Shown piece after piece: positions 37,870 through 48,281 of a DNA stretch of 64,000 nucleotides. Position numbers and translations under genes: made by a program. The notes beneath the pieces are model-generated. The model made no database searches. It was given only the letters and a program-made list of their open reading frames with translations, and was not told where the DNA came from. This stretch comes from Bacillota bacterium (GTDB lineage: Bacteria > Bacillota > Sulfobacillia > Fermentithermobacillales > Fermentithermobacillaceae): positions 13,929 to 77,928 of the forward strand of contig JBMNKH010000002.1 in assembly GCA_050952085.1 (NCBI GenBank), written 5' to 3'. The number at the start of each line of letters is the position of its first letter. Position 1 is the first letter of the stretch.

Positions 37870-39975
37870 TTACGACGAAAGCTTGATTTTTATATCAAGC
37901 GCGCTCAGTCCCTTAGGATACGCAAAAACCGGGTTAATATCCAACTCGGATATCTGCGGGAAATCCCGGCACAACTGGGCTACTCTGGCGATTGCTTCGC
38001 AGATAGCAGGGATGTCGTCGGCTTCGGCGCCTCTAAAGCCCTTTAGTATGGTATATGCTTTGGTCTCGGTTATCATTTCTTCGACTTCACGCTTGGTGAG
38101 TCCTGAAGCTAACCTGAACGAGGCATCCTGAAGCAGGTTTACCAGGATTCCGCCTGAACCGAAGGCAACCATTGGCCCGAAGGTGTGATCCTTGATCATT
38201 CCGATGATGATTTCGTCGCCCTTGGGCATCATCTTTTGGACTTCAACGCCGTAGATCTTGGCGTCAGGAGCTGCCTTCTTTGAATTCTCCATGATGGACC
38301 TAAAGGCGGCCCTTACTTCTTCCCCTGACTTGAGCCCGACTTTGACCCCGCCTATATCTGTCTTATGCATGATATCAGGTGAAGAGATCTTCATGACTAC
38401 AGGGAAGCCCATTTCCTGAGCGAATTTCTCCGCTTCTTCTTCTGAAGTAGCCAAGCGGGAAGGAGCTGCAGGAATCTTGTATGCTTCGGCTACCTCAGCA
38501 GCTTCCGGGCTGAGCAGCAGATCTCTACCGTCTGCCAGCACTTTATCGAAAATGGCCTGGACCTTTTCTTTATCCACATCTTCGAAAGTCCATTCCTCTT
38601 GGTCTTGGACAGCTTCCTTTAGTTCAGCGTATTTAGCCATACCGATAAGGGTATGTATGCCTGGCTCAGGGAAAGCGTATGTGGGTACACCGTTTTCACT
38701 CAGGTAATTTACGGCTTTCTCCACTGCAAACCCACCGGTGAAGGCGGCAGTCACAGGTTTGTCCGGATACTTGCTTCTGGCTTCAACTATGACCTCTGCT
38801 ACTTTGTTTACTTCGATGACAGCGGTAGGGGAGAGAAGCACTGTTGCGGCATCGACATTGGGATCGGCCAAGGCTGCATTGAGAGCGTTTTCATACCTGT
38901 CGTAGTGTGCGTCTCCGATAACGTCGATTGGGTTATGGATGTTGGCCATTGACGGCATGGTTTCTTTGAGGAAGTCCAGGGTGTTCTCGCTGAACTCGGC
39001 CATTTGCATGCCGCCCAGCTCGATTGAGTCGCTGGCAACAATTCCAGGCCCGCCGGAGTTGGTGATGACTGCCACACGCTTGCCCTTAGGGATGGGCTGT
39101 GTTGTGAAGGCGCTGGCCAGGTCGAAAAGCTCAGTCATGGTTGACGCCCTGAGTACACCCGCATGCTTGAAGGCGGTTTCATAAGCAGTGTCAGAACCTG
39201 CAAGCGCGCCGGTGTGGGATGATGCCGCCTTTGCGCCGGCTGCGCTGACCCCTGACTTAAGGATGATGACTGGTTTCCGCTTGGTGGCTTCCCTTGCAAC
39301 CTCGATAAACTTGGGCCCGTCCACTATATCTTCGAGGTACAAGCAAATCACTTTGGTGTTTGGATCGTTAGCTGCGATTTCAATGAAGTCAGCTTCATTG
39401 AGGTCTGATTTGTTGCCGAAACTCACAAACTGGCTGAAACCTAAGCCGGTCTTAAGGCTCCAGTCCAAAATGGCCAAACACAGCGCGCCACTTTGGGAGA
39501 TGAAAGCTATGTTGCCCTTGAGCGCCATGTTCTTGGCAAAGGTAGCGTTGAAAGGTGTGTGGGTGTCCATGACACCGAGACAGTTCGGCCCGACGATTGT
39601 CATGTTGTACTTGCGGGCGACCGCCACCAGTTTTTCCTCAAGTTCGCGGCCTTCTTTTCCTACCTCTTTGAACCCTGCAGTGATCACGATCATGTGCTTT
39701 ACTCCGGCCTGACCGCATTCCTCTGCAACGGGAACTGATACCTTGGCCGGAACGCAGAGCACTGCCACGTCGATAGGCTTCTTAACATCTACGATTGAGG
39801 GATATGCCTTGATCCCGCAAACTTCCGGGTCTTTGGGGTTAATAGGATAGATCTCGCCTTGAAATCCTGAGGACTTCATGTTTTCAACAACTGCATTGCC
39901 AATCTTGCCTGGTGTGTTAGAGGCACCTATAATGGCTACAGATTGGGGACTCATAAGAGACATAAGCTTACTCAT
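37870..39975 (-). CDS. Acetyl-CoA synthetase (ADP-forming), fused alpha/beta (NDP-forming acyl-CoA synthetase family)
   Basis: CoA-binding N-terminus (VAIIGASNTPGKIG), succinyl-CoA-synthetase-like flavodoxin domain and ATP-grasp C-terminus. The ATG at 39975 has a GAGGAAGG RBS. Confidence 0.8.
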   Translation of the reverse strand: MSKLMSLMSPQSVAIIGASNTPGKIGNAVVENMKSSGFQGEIYPINPKDPEVCGIKAYPSIVDVKKPIDVAVLCVPAKVSVPVAEECGQAGVKHMIVITAGFKEVGKEGRELEEKLVAVARKYNMTIVGPNCLGVMDTHTPFNATFAKNMALKGNIAFISQSGALCLAILDWSLKTGLGFSQFVSFGNKSDLNEADFIEIAANDPNTKVICLYLEDIVDGPKFIEVAREATKRKPVIILKSGVSAAGAKAASSHTGALAGSDTAYETAFKHAGVLRASTMTELFDLASAFTTQPIPKGKRVAVITNSGGPGIVASDSIELGGMQMAEFSENTLDFLKETMPSMANIHNPIDVIGDAHYDRYENALNAALADPNVDAATVLLSPTAVIEVNKVAEVIVEARSKYPDKPVTAAFTGGFAVEKAVNYLSENGVPTYAFPEPGIHTLIGMAKYAELKEAVQDQEEWTFEDVDKEKVQAIFDKVLADGRDLLLSPEAAEVAEAYKIPAAPSRLATSEEEAEKFAQEMGFPVVMKISSPDIMHKTDIGGVKVGLKSGEEVRAAFRSIMENSKKAAPDAKIYGVEVQKMMPKGDEIIIGMIKDHTFGPMVAFGSGGILVNLLQDASFRLASGLTKREVEEMITETKAYTILKGFRGAEADDIPAICEAIARVAQLCRDFPQISELDINPVFAYPKGLSALDIKIKLSS

Positions 39976-40082
39976 GTTGTTACTGCACCTTCCTCTAGCA
40001 TTTATTGCACAAAGAAAGACCACCAAGCCTAAGTCTAACACAACTTATCTTTACCAGTAAACAAAGAGAGGCAAACTGACAA

Positions 40083-40751
40083 ATGTGCCTTGGCTCAGCT
40101 ATACCATTTTTTGTATGGTGTGGTATTATACGTATGGAGACTAATGGAAACATGGCTGGGGGAAGTGCAATGGATGAAGTCTATTGGTCTGACGTAGGCG
40201 AGCGCCTTGGCCTCTCAAAATCCGTTATGAAAGAGATAAACGCCAGATTTGGGGCGATACTGGGAATCACCGCGTCTAACAAAGTGCCTAGAAGGGCTTT
40301 GGGTGCGATTTCCATGATTGTGATCATGCAGGAACAAGGGTTTTCAGATGATGAAATCACAGAAGCCCTCATAGAAACCAAAGAAGGCCAGGGCTGGCCT
40401 GACATAGTCCTGGGCAGGATTAGGGAAGAAACGGTGTCGACGGCAACCAGTGAACTTGCATCTAGGATTGTGGAAATGCCTGATGATTCAGGGCGGTCGT
40501 GGCTGGGTTGCCTTGAGGAGATGGCGAGGGAGCAAAGGCGCGAGACATCTGTACAGGATATGATCTTGGATCTAAGGCGAGAGATTTGCACAAATACAGT
40601 CTCTGAAAAGGAGCAAATCCAGAGGCTGGTTCAAGTGGTTGAACGCCTTATTACAGAGGTCCGGGACTTAAGGTACGCGCTCGTCATGGCCGCTTCCAGG
40701 AAAGACAGGAAGAAGGGGCTCAAAGGACTGTCCAGATTGCTCAATCAGTGA
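40083..40751 (+). CDS. Hypothetical protein with a possible N-terminal HTH and C-terminal coiled coil (start probably ATG 40134 or 40170)
   Basis: HTH-like SDVGERLGLSKSVMKEI and a heptad-rich C-terminus. No family recognised. Confidence 0.35.
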   Translation: MCLGSAIPFFVWCGIIRMETNGNMAGGSAMDEVYWSDVGERLGLSKSVMKEINARFGAILGITASNKVPRRALGAISMIVIMQEQGFSDDEITEALIETKEGQGWPDIVLGRIREETVSTATSELASRIVEMPDDSGRSWLGCLEEMAREQRRETSVQDMILDLRREICTNTVSEKEQIQRLVQVVERLITEVRDLRYALVMAASRKDRKKGLKGLSRLLNQ

Positions 40752-41538
40752 CCGGCACTTGCCGCCAGACTGATTGGAGCACATTTTGCATCTTGCGCTT
40801 GAGTCCAGGTATTTTCACGCTCAGTTCCGACACGACATCTTTCATGTACTGCCGGTTCGTATTGCCTGAGTAGCTACATGAAGGGGGAGCAACAGGAAGC
40901 CCAAGCCTGTCTGCGGCACGCCTTATCCACGGCTCTTCCACGTACACCATGGGCCGTATAACCTCAATGTTACGCCGTGAGAGGTAAGTTTTCGGTTTGA
41001 AGCAACGTAAGCTTCCTTGGAAAAACATGTTTAGGAACAGAGTCTCTATGGCGTCATCCAAGGTGTGGCCCAAGGCTAATTTGTCGAATCCAAGATCGTT
41101 AGCTGCCTGGTGAAGGCTACCTCTTCTAAGGTTGGCGCACAAAGAGCAAGGTGTCTTCTTCCCGTGTTGTTTGGTCACTATCCTGGCTACATTTGAGCTT
41201 ATCACGTGGTGGGGGATTTCAATGCCGGCCAGGAAGCGGCTTATGGCTGAAAGCTGGGCTTCGCTGAACTGCCATGGCTCTCCGGGATCAATGGTCACAG
41301 CTTCCAGGGAAAACTTGGCAGGAGATCTCTTGCGTATATCTGCCAGGGCCCAGGCCATGAGCAGACTGTCTTTACCGCCTGAAACTGCAAGCAGTATGCG
41401 GTCACCATGCTGTATCATCCGATAATCTGCTATTGCCTTGCCTATGCTGCTGAAAATACGCCTGTGGTGTTGCTTGCCCACATTTAACCTCCGCCTGTAA
41501 GTTGTGCGCCAGCTATATTGTACATGTAGTTTTTTCAC
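40741..41538 (-). CDS. ttcA: tRNA 2-thiocytidine(32) synthetase TtcA-family PP-loop ATPase
   Basis: SGGKDS PP-loop and CxxC motifs (CSLCANLRRG). Confidence 0.8.
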   Translation of the reverse strand: MKKLHVQYSWRTTYRRRLNVGKQHHRRIFSSIGKAIADYRMIQHGDRILLAVSGGKDSLLMAWALADIRKRSPAKFSLEAVTIDPGEPWQFSEAQLSAISRFLAGIEIPHHVISSNVARIVTKQHGKKTPCSLCANLRRGSLHQAANDLGFDKLALGHTLDDAIETLFLNMFFQGSLRCFKPKTYLSRRNIEVIRPMVYVEEPWIRRAADRLGLPVAPPSCSYSGNTNRQYMKDVVSELSVKIPGLKRKMQNVLQSVWRQVPVTD

Positions 41539-41644
41539 AGTAGAAGTGCCGGCAGCTTCAATGTGCTTTAATATATGGTGTGAGGCTGGGGATGAAAGAG
41601 GATAATATGAAGTAGGGCAGGAATCCCGTTCTGCTATTGGAGGT

Positions 41645-42832
41645 ATGGACTTGAGTACAAACTCTGCGCCTGTCTATATGGATAATTCAGCAACTACCAG
41701 GCCTTTTCCTGAAGTGATAGAAGCCATGACTGACGTATACAGAGAGCAGTTTGGCAATCCGTCGTCACTTCACTGGATGGGTTATGAAGCTGAGAAACTT
41801 GTGAGCAAAGCCCGGAGGTCCGTTGCATCATTGTTGGGAACCGGGGAAGATCAGGTCTATTTCACTTCAGGTGGCACTGAAGCTAACAATTGGGCCATCT
41901 TTGGAAGTTTAAGGTCGGCGGGAGAAAGATATAAGCACGTCGTCACTTCAGCCGTGGAGCACCCGTCGATTCTGGCCACCATGGAGTATCTTGAGCAGCT
42001 GGGTTACAGGGTTTCAGTGGCTCCTGTGGACAGGTATGGCAGGGTGAACCCTGAAGAGGTTTTGTCACTGGTGGCGGAAGACACCTGTCTCGTATCGGTA
42101 ATGTATGTACAGAATGAAATAGGAGCAGTCCAACCCTGCGCAGAAATAGGAGCAGGCCTATCCGAAATGGGCCCGAGACGCCCGCGGTTTCACGTAGATG
42201 CTGTCCAGGGGTTTGCACGGCTGGAGATTGACGTAAGTAAGTGGGGGATAGACCTTATAAGCATCAGTTCCCACAAAATCCACGGCCCCAAAGGGATGGG
42301 TGCGTTGTATATCCGGAAGGGCGTTCCCATGCATCCTTTGATCTTCGGCGGAGGCCAGGAGCAAGGACTCCGTTCAGGTACTGAAAATGTTCCTGCGATT
42401 GTAGGCTTCGGCGTGGCGTGCGACATTTGGGCTCAAATAGCTCACCAGGTAAGAGATAATCTGTACAACTTGAGAAAACGGCTTATAAGCGGAATTGCCG
42501 GTGTGTTCCCTGATGCGGTACTCAACGGTCCTCCACTTGAGAATGTTGCGCCTCATATCGTCAACTTCTCATTCCCCGGGTTCCGCGGTGAAACGCTTCT
42601 CAACGCCTTGGAGCAACGCAATGTGTTTGTGTCTACAGGGTCGGCGTGTTCTTCCCGGAAAAGCAAACCAAGCCCTGTAGTCCTTGCCTTAGGCAAGAGC
42701 GAAGCTGAAGCGCTGTCTGCTATCAGGTTTTCCATGTCACCCTTCACCACCGCTGAGGAAGTAGACATCACAGTGTCAGCTCTTGAAGACGCATTGAAGG
42801 AACTGGGCCCCTGGCGCAGGAAGTTAACTTAG
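41645..42832 (+). CDS. Cysteine desulfurase (NifS/IscS class V aminotransferase)
   Basis: SSHKIHGPKG PLP-lysine motif and the active-site Cys region SACSS. Confidence 0.85.
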   Translation: MDLSTNSAPVYMDNSATTRPFPEVIEAMTDVYREQFGNPSSLHWMGYEAEKLVSKARRSVASLLGTGEDQVYFTSGGTEANNWAIFGSLRSAGERYKHVVTSAVEHPSILATMEYLEQLGYRVSVAPVDRYGRVNPEEVLSLVAEDTCLVSVMYVQNEIGAVQPCAEIGAGLSEMGPRRPRFHVDAVQGFARLEIDVSKWGIDLISISSHKIHGPKGMGALYIRKGVPMHPLIFGGGQEQGLRSGTENVPAIVGFGVACDIWAQIAHQVRDNLYNLRKRLISGIAGVFPDAVLNGPPLENVAPHIVNFSFPGFRGETLLNALEQRNVFVSTGSACSSRKSKPSPVVLALGKSEAEALSAIRFSMSPFTTAEEVDITVSALEDALKELGPWRRKLT

Positions 42833-42876
42833 ACCGCTCTCGGGAGATACGACTAGCACATGAAGGAGCATGGACC

Positions 42877-44064
42877 ATGGAAAGAGTGTTACTAATCCGC
42901 TACGGGGAGATAAGTCTCAAAGGGCGAAACAGAAGACAGTTTGAGAACAGACTGCATGAAAACATTGTTAGCGCCCTTTCAGCCCTGGATAAGAATGCAC
43001 GCGACAGGGTGTCCAGATCCCATGGGAGGTTCTATGTAGCAGGCCTCCAGACGGCGCAGTTAGAAACACAGGCCATAGACGTACTGTCCCGCGTTCCGGG
43101 CATTGTAGCTATAAGCCCTGGGTTTGCAGTGGACAGCGACCTGGAGGCAATCAAAAAGGCCGCCATATCTGCAGTAAAACTAGCTATGGAAGACTTAAGC
43201 CAGCCTGTGACTTTCAAAGTTGACACCAGGAGGGCGGACAAGAGTTTTCCCCTTACTTCGCCTGAAGTGAATCAGGAATTAGGGGCGGCTATTCTCAGGA
43301 ATGTGCCCGGGATCGGCGTGGACGTGCACAACCCCTCTATTCATCTGACTGTCGAGATTCGTCCAGGACGCACTTATATCTACAGGGGCCAGGTGCCAGG
43401 CCCAGGCGGATTGCCTGTAGGTACGTCAGGCAGGGGGATCCTGCTCCTTTCAGGAGGCATTGACAGTCCTGCGGCAGGCTACCTGGCCATGAAGCGGGGA
43501 GTAGCCGTGGATGCGCTGCACTTCTGGAGCTACCCTATAACCGGTGTGCGCGCCAGGGACAAAGTGGTTGATATATGCAAAGTCCTGAGGAAGTATAGCC
43601 CCGATCTAAGGCTCTTGGTAGCCCCGTTTACGAAAATCCAGACTGAGATCATGGACAAGTGTCCTGAGAAGTACCGGGTAATAATCATGAGGCGGATGAT
43701 GATGAGGGTAGCTTCTAGCATCTGCCGGGACGTGGGTGGGCTGGCCATTTTCACAGGCGACAACCTGGGACAGGTTGCCAGCCAGACGCTTGAGAGTTTG
43801 AGGGTAATCGGAAGCGTTTCAGAATACCCGGTGTTAAGGCCGCTTCTGTGTTTTGACAAGGTGGAGACTGTACGCCTGGCCCAACAAATCGGCACCTACG
43901 ACATCTCAATATTGCCCTACGAAGATTGCTGTTCAGTATTTGTACCTAAACATCCTGTAACCAAGCCGCGGCTGGACGCGGCTGAAGAGGCAGAAGAGTT
44001 CCTTGATGTTGACGCACTTGTCGAGGAGTGTGCCACGAACACTGAAGTGTTTGACCTGGGCTAG
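42877..44064 (+). CDS. thiI: tRNA 4-thiouridine(8) synthase ThiI (short form, no rhodanese domain)
   Basis: N-terminal THUMP region (RYGEISLKGRNR), PP-loop LLSGGIDSP. Confidence 0.85.
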   Translation: MERVLLIRYGEISLKGRNRRQFENRLHENIVSALSALDKNARDRVSRSHGRFYVAGLQTAQLETQAIDVLSRVPGIVAISPGFAVDSDLEAIKKAAISAVKLAMEDLSQPVTFKVDTRRADKSFPLTSPEVNQELGAAILRNVPGIGVDVHNPSIHLTVEIRPGRTYIYRGQVPGPGGLPVGTSGRGILLLSGGIDSPAAGYLAMKRGVAVDALHFWSYPITGVRARDKVVDICKVLRKYSPDLRLLVAPFTKIQTEIMDKCPEKYRVIIMRRMMMRVASSICRDVGGLAIFTGDNLGQVASQTLESLRVIGSVSEYPVLRPLLCFDKVETVRLAQQIGTYDISILPYEDCCSVFVPKHPVTKPRLDAAEEAEEFLDVDALVEECATNTEVFDLG

Positions 44065-44186
44065 GTGCTACTGCAGATAGGCGTTGCGGCAAGATCCGTG
44101 CTATTGCGGGGCATTTGTGCCGTTGCCCCGGCAAAACTATAATATGAGGGTAGAGACTATACCATCCGGAGTGCAAGATTATAGAA

Positions 44187-45560
44187 ATGAAGGATAACAA
44201 ACTCACCTACTTCATAGAGACATTTGGGTGCCAGATGAACGAGAGGGACTCTGAGTCTATCGCCGGCCTGTTGGAGCGGGAGGGGTTTTCGCCGGCGCAA
44301 AATGCGTCCGATGCAGACGTGGTAGTTGTAAATACATGCGCAGTAAGGCAATCTGCCGAGGAAAAGGTATGGAGCCACTTAGGAAAACTGGCCTATGAAT
44401 CCGGCAGAAGCGGCAAGGTTCCTGTAATGGTGTTGGCAGGGTGTATGGCCCAGCTGCCCCAGACAATAGAAAGGATAAAGCGGAGAGTCCCGTATGTGAG
44501 AGTTGCAGTGGGCCCGGGGCACATCCACAGGATTCCGGAACTGGTGCGGCAGGCGCGCGAACAGCCATCTGCGAAACTGGTTACAGCGGTTTCCCCTAAC
44601 AGGACTGAAGCGCACAGGACCGAATCTACCCAGATGCTTCCGGAGCGACTCCCTAGGATCAAAGTGCCTGGTGTAAGCGCATATGTGACAATTATGTACG
44701 GGTGCGATAATTTCTGCTCATATTGTATCGTGCCCTATGTGAGAGGCCCCCAGGTATCACGTGAACCCAGGTTCATTATCCGGGAGATTGAGGAGCTTGT
44801 GAGCCAGGGATATGCCGAAATCACCCTTTTGGGGCAGAACGTAAATGCCTATGGGCATGACTTGGATAACGGCACAGGATTTGCCCGGCTATTGGAACAG
44901 ATTGACCGGATACCGGGCATCCGGAGGATACGCTATTTCACGTCCCATCCCAGGGATTTCACCGAAGATATGGTTGACACAATAAAGCAATCCAGCCATG
45001 TTTGCGAGCACTTCCACCTGCCTCTCCAATCCGGGAGCAACCGGATACTCAAACTGATGCACAGGGGGTATACCCGGGAAGAGTACATGGAACTGGTTCA
45101 CTATATCAAAGAGCAAATCCCAGCTGCCTCTGTCACCACCGATATCATAGTCGGGTTTCCAGGAGAGACGGGCGAAGATTTTCAAGACACCCTTGACTTG
45201 GTTGAACAGCTGAGGCTGGACGGTGCATTTATGTTCATATTTTCGCCAAGATCAGGTACAGCCGCTGCCAGGATGGACAATCAGCTTTCCCGGAAACAAA
45301 AATCTGATAGGCTACAGGCACTGGCAAAGCTACAAAATCAGATTACGAAAGATATCAACAAGTCACTAATAGGAACTGTTCAAGAAGTGCTTATCGAAGA
45401 ACCTGATCCTAAGAACCCAGAGTATTACCGCGGACGTACCCGCACAAACAAGCTTGTAGTATGTACCTCTAAATGGCCGCGACCAGGCGATATGGTGAAC
45501 GTAAGAATAGAGGAAGCAGGCACATGGTACCTGAAAGGCCCTGTAGTCGAGGCCGGATAA
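44187..45560 (+). CDS. miaB: tRNA-2-methylthio-N6-dimethylallyladenosine synthase (radical SAM methylthiotransferase)
   Basis: ETFGCQMNERDSE MTTase N-domain, CDNFCSYC radical-SAM cluster, C-terminal TRAM domain. Confidence 0.85.
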   Translation: MKDNKLTYFIETFGCQMNERDSESIAGLLEREGFSPAQNASDADVVVVNTCAVRQSAEEKVWSHLGKLAYESGRSGKVPVMVLAGCMAQLPQTIERIKRRVPYVRVAVGPGHIHRIPELVRQAREQPSAKLVTAVSPNRTEAHRTESTQMLPERLPRIKVPGVSAYVTIMYGCDNFCSYCIVPYVRGPQVSREPRFIIREIEELVSQGYAEITLLGQNVNAYGHDLDNGTGFARLLEQIDRIPGIRRIRYFTSHPRDFTEDMVDTIKQSSHVCEHFHLPLQSGSNRILKLMHRGYTREEYMELVHYIKEQIPAASVTTDIIVGFPGETGEDFQDTLDLVEQLRLDGAFMFIFSPRSGTAAARMDNQLSRKQKSDRLQALAKLQNQITKDINKSLIGTVQEVLIEEPDPKNPEYYRGRTRTNKLVVCTSKWPRPGDMVNVRIEEAGTWYLKGPVVEAG

Positions 45561-45587
45561 CAGATTTGAGGACCGGAGGTCGATTTA

Positions 45588-48281
45588 TTGTCAGGCAAGA
45601 CTCCTATGATGCGTCAGTATGAGGTGCTCAAAGCAAAGTACCGGGATTGTCTGCTTTTCTTCAGGCTCGGCGACTTTTATGAGATGTTTTTCGAGGACGC
45701 GAAAACAGGGTCAGAAGAATTGGGCATTGCGCTTACCAGCCGGGGCTCGGTGAAAGGCGAGCGGGTCCCAATGTGCGGGGTGCCTTACCATTCAGTTGAT
45801 GAGTACATAAGAACCCTTGTGTCCAAAGGGTACAAAGTTGCCATCTGCGAGCAAGTGGAAGACCCGTCAAAGGCAAAAGGGCTCGTGAAAAGAGACGTGG
45901 TAAGAGTCATAACTCCTGGTACGTACTGGGAAGGAGCAGAGGACGCTGCTTCAAACTACTTATCTGTAGTGTATGTAGGATACAAGGGGTTGGGGCTTGC
46001 CGGTTCAGTGGGGTTGTGTTCGGCTGACCTGTCTACTGGAGAAGTGCTGCTTGCCTGGTTTGACCCTGAGCAGACAGACGGTGGACCAAATCTCCACTTG
46101 AACAACGTCCTAGATGAACTCACCCGCTTGCTGCCAAAGGAATGTGTGTTTCCTGCGAGCTTGGAAGGGACAAGCTTAGTTGGGGCAGTGTCAAAGAACC
46201 TCCCCGGGGTTCCTGTGAGTTTCCAGGATGATGATGAGTTTTGCCCTGAGAAGTACCTGAACTTGTTTGAGACAGGGTGGGGGCTAAACGATCTACCGGA
46301 ACCTGCATACAGGGCGCTGGCAGGACTAATGGCTTACCTGGATGCCACTCAGATGATGGAACCAAGCCACCTGAAAAGACCCAGTCTTTATCTAGAAGAA
46401 GCTTTTGTGGAACTCGATCAAGCTACCAGGAGAAACCTTGAACTGACTAAGCGCCTTCAAGGTGAAACCTACGGTTCACTTGCCTGGGTTCTGGACAAGT
46501 GTTGTACCACCATGGGGTCCAGGTTGCTGAAAAAATGGATAGAGCGTCCGCTGAGGGATCCTGTTTCGATACAGGAGAGGCTGGATGCAGTAGACGAAAT
46601 CCATAGCAACGCATCATTGAGGAACAGCTTGCGGCAATCCCTTTCAGGCATCCGGGATTTGGAAAGGCTGGTTGCAAGGATTTCTTACAGGTCATGTAGC
46701 GCAAGGGACCTGATTGCGGTTGCTGCTTCCCTGGAACAAGTACCCCGTCTTAAGGAGCAAACAGCAGCTACTTCATCCCGCCTGCTTCAACGGATATCAG
46801 GTAACCTTGATGAAGTGCCTGAAGTGGCCAGTGCTATACGGGCAGCTATCGTGGATGATCCCCCGGTATCTGTGACAGAAGGGGGCATAATACGTCCAGG
46901 ATACAGTCCTGAGGTGGATGGACTGAGAGATCTGGCTACCGGGGGCAAACACTGGCTGGTTGAACTTGAAGCCAGGGAGCGGGAGAGGACCGGCATAAGA
47001 TCCCTCAAGGTGGGATATAACAGGGTTTTCGGATATTACTTGGAAGTGACCAAGCCCAACCTGAGTCTGGTGCCTGATGACTACATAAGGAAGCAGACGC
47101 TGGTATCGGCTGAGAGGTTCATCACCCCTGAGCTAAAAGAGAAAGAAACCGCCATTCTAGGAGCAGAAGAAAAACTGTTCAAAGAAGAGTACAGGCTCTT
47201 CTGTGAGTTGCGGGATTTTGTCGAATCCCATATCAGGAGATTGCAACAGACTGCTGCAGCTATAGCCCAGCTGGATGTATGCTGCAGCTTAGCTGAAGTT
47301 GCATGCCTTTACGGGTACGTCAGGCCTGAGGTGACCGGGGACGGGCCTATTATCATTAAAGAAGGGCGGCATCCTGTGTTGGAAAGGGTGCTTCCGCCTG
47401 GCAGTTTTGTGCCCAATGACCTGGTACTCGACGAAAAGCAGAGCGTCTTGATTATCACCGGCCCTAATATGGGCGGCAAGTCAACCTATTGCCGTCAAAC
47501 TGCCCTAATAGTGCTCATGGCTCAAATGGGTTCATTTGTGCCATGCAGGTCTTGTACTATTTCGTGTGTGGACAGGATTTTTGCCAGGGTAGGCGCGTAT
47601 GATGACTTGGTCCTGGGCCAGTCTACCTTCATGGTTGAGATGGACGAAGTGTCACGAATCCTGCGCAATGCCACTTCAAAGAGCCTTGTGATTCTTGATG
47701 AAATCGGCAGGGGCACCAGTACTTTCGACGGGCTTTCCGTTGCATGGGCAGTTGTAGAATTCTTGGCAGATAAGAAGACCATGGGCGCCAGGGGGCTTGT
47801 AGCTACCCACTACCGTGAACTAACCCTGCTTTCTGATTTGAAAGAGGGGGTAGCCAATTATCACGTCACTGTCAAGAAATCAGGCGATGATATTGTGTTC
47901 CTAAGGAAAGTCCGGAAGGGGGTAGCCGAAGGCAGCTTCGGGATAGACGTTGCCCGTATGGCGGGCTTGCCTGACAGTGTGACGGCTAGGGCCAGGGAGA
48001 TCCTTCATGCCCTTGAAACTGAAGCCCGCAAAGGCGGTTCGGCCAAAGGAATTCTGGGCAAAGTGGCTTCGAGGAGTTCAGGAACTATGTTTGTACCTGA
48101 AGGCCAACATCTGTTGCTGGGTGCCGGGAGTTCACGTCCTGAAGATCATGTGCCTGAGAGTCACAGGGTAGTGATTTCCAAACTCAAGTCCCTTGATGTA
48201 AACAGCATGACGCCTCTGCAAGCCTTGGAACTACTACATACGGTTACGCAAGAATTGCGCCGTGAACAGGGTGATACCTAA
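45588..48281 (+). CDS. mutS: DNA mismatch repair protein MutS
   Basis: TPMMRQY N-terminus, Walker A GPNMGGKST, DEIGRGTSTFDG. TTG start with GGAGG 9 nt upstream. Confidence 0.95.
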   Translation: MSGKTPMMRQYEVLKAKYRDCLLFFRLGDFYEMFFEDAKTGSEELGIALTSRGSVKGERVPMCGVPYHSVDEYIRTLVSKGYKVAICEQVEDPSKAKGLVKRDVVRVITPGTYWEGAEDAASNYLSVVYVGYKGLGLAGSVGLCSADLSTGEVLLAWFDPEQTDGGPNLHLNNVLDELTRLLPKECVFPASLEGTSLVGAVSKNLPGVPVSFQDDDEFCPEKYLNLFETGWGLNDLPEPAYRALAGLMAYLDATQMMEPSHLKRPSLYLEEAFVELDQATRRNLELTKRLQGETYGSLAWVLDKCCTTMGSRLLKKWIERPLRDPVSIQERLDAVDEIHSNASLRNSLRQSLSGIRDLERLVARISYRSCSARDLIAVAASLEQVPRLKEQTAATSSRLLQRISGNLDEVPEVASAIRAAIVDDPPVSVTEGGIIRPGYSPEVDGLRDLATGGKHWLVELEARERERTGIRSLKVGYNRVFGYYLEVTKPNLSLVPDDYIRKQTLVSAERFITPELKEKETAILGAEEKLFKEEYRLFCELRDFVESHIRRLQQTAAAIAQLDVCCSLAEVACLYGYVRPEVTGDGPIIIKEGRHPVLERVLPPGSFVPNDLVLDEKQSVLIITGPNMGGKSTYCRQTALIVLMAQMGSFVPCRSCTISCVDRIFARVGAYDDLVLGQSTFMVEMDEVSRILRNATSKSLVILDEIGRGTSTFDGLSVAWAVVEFLADKKTMGARGLVATHYRELTLLSDLKEGVANYHVTVKKSGDDIVFLRKVRKGVAEGSFGIDVARMAGLPDSVTARAREILHALETEARKGGSAKGILGKVASRSSGTMFVPEGQHLLLGAGSSRPEDHVPESHRVVISKLKSLDVNSMTPLQALELLHTVTQELRREQGDT

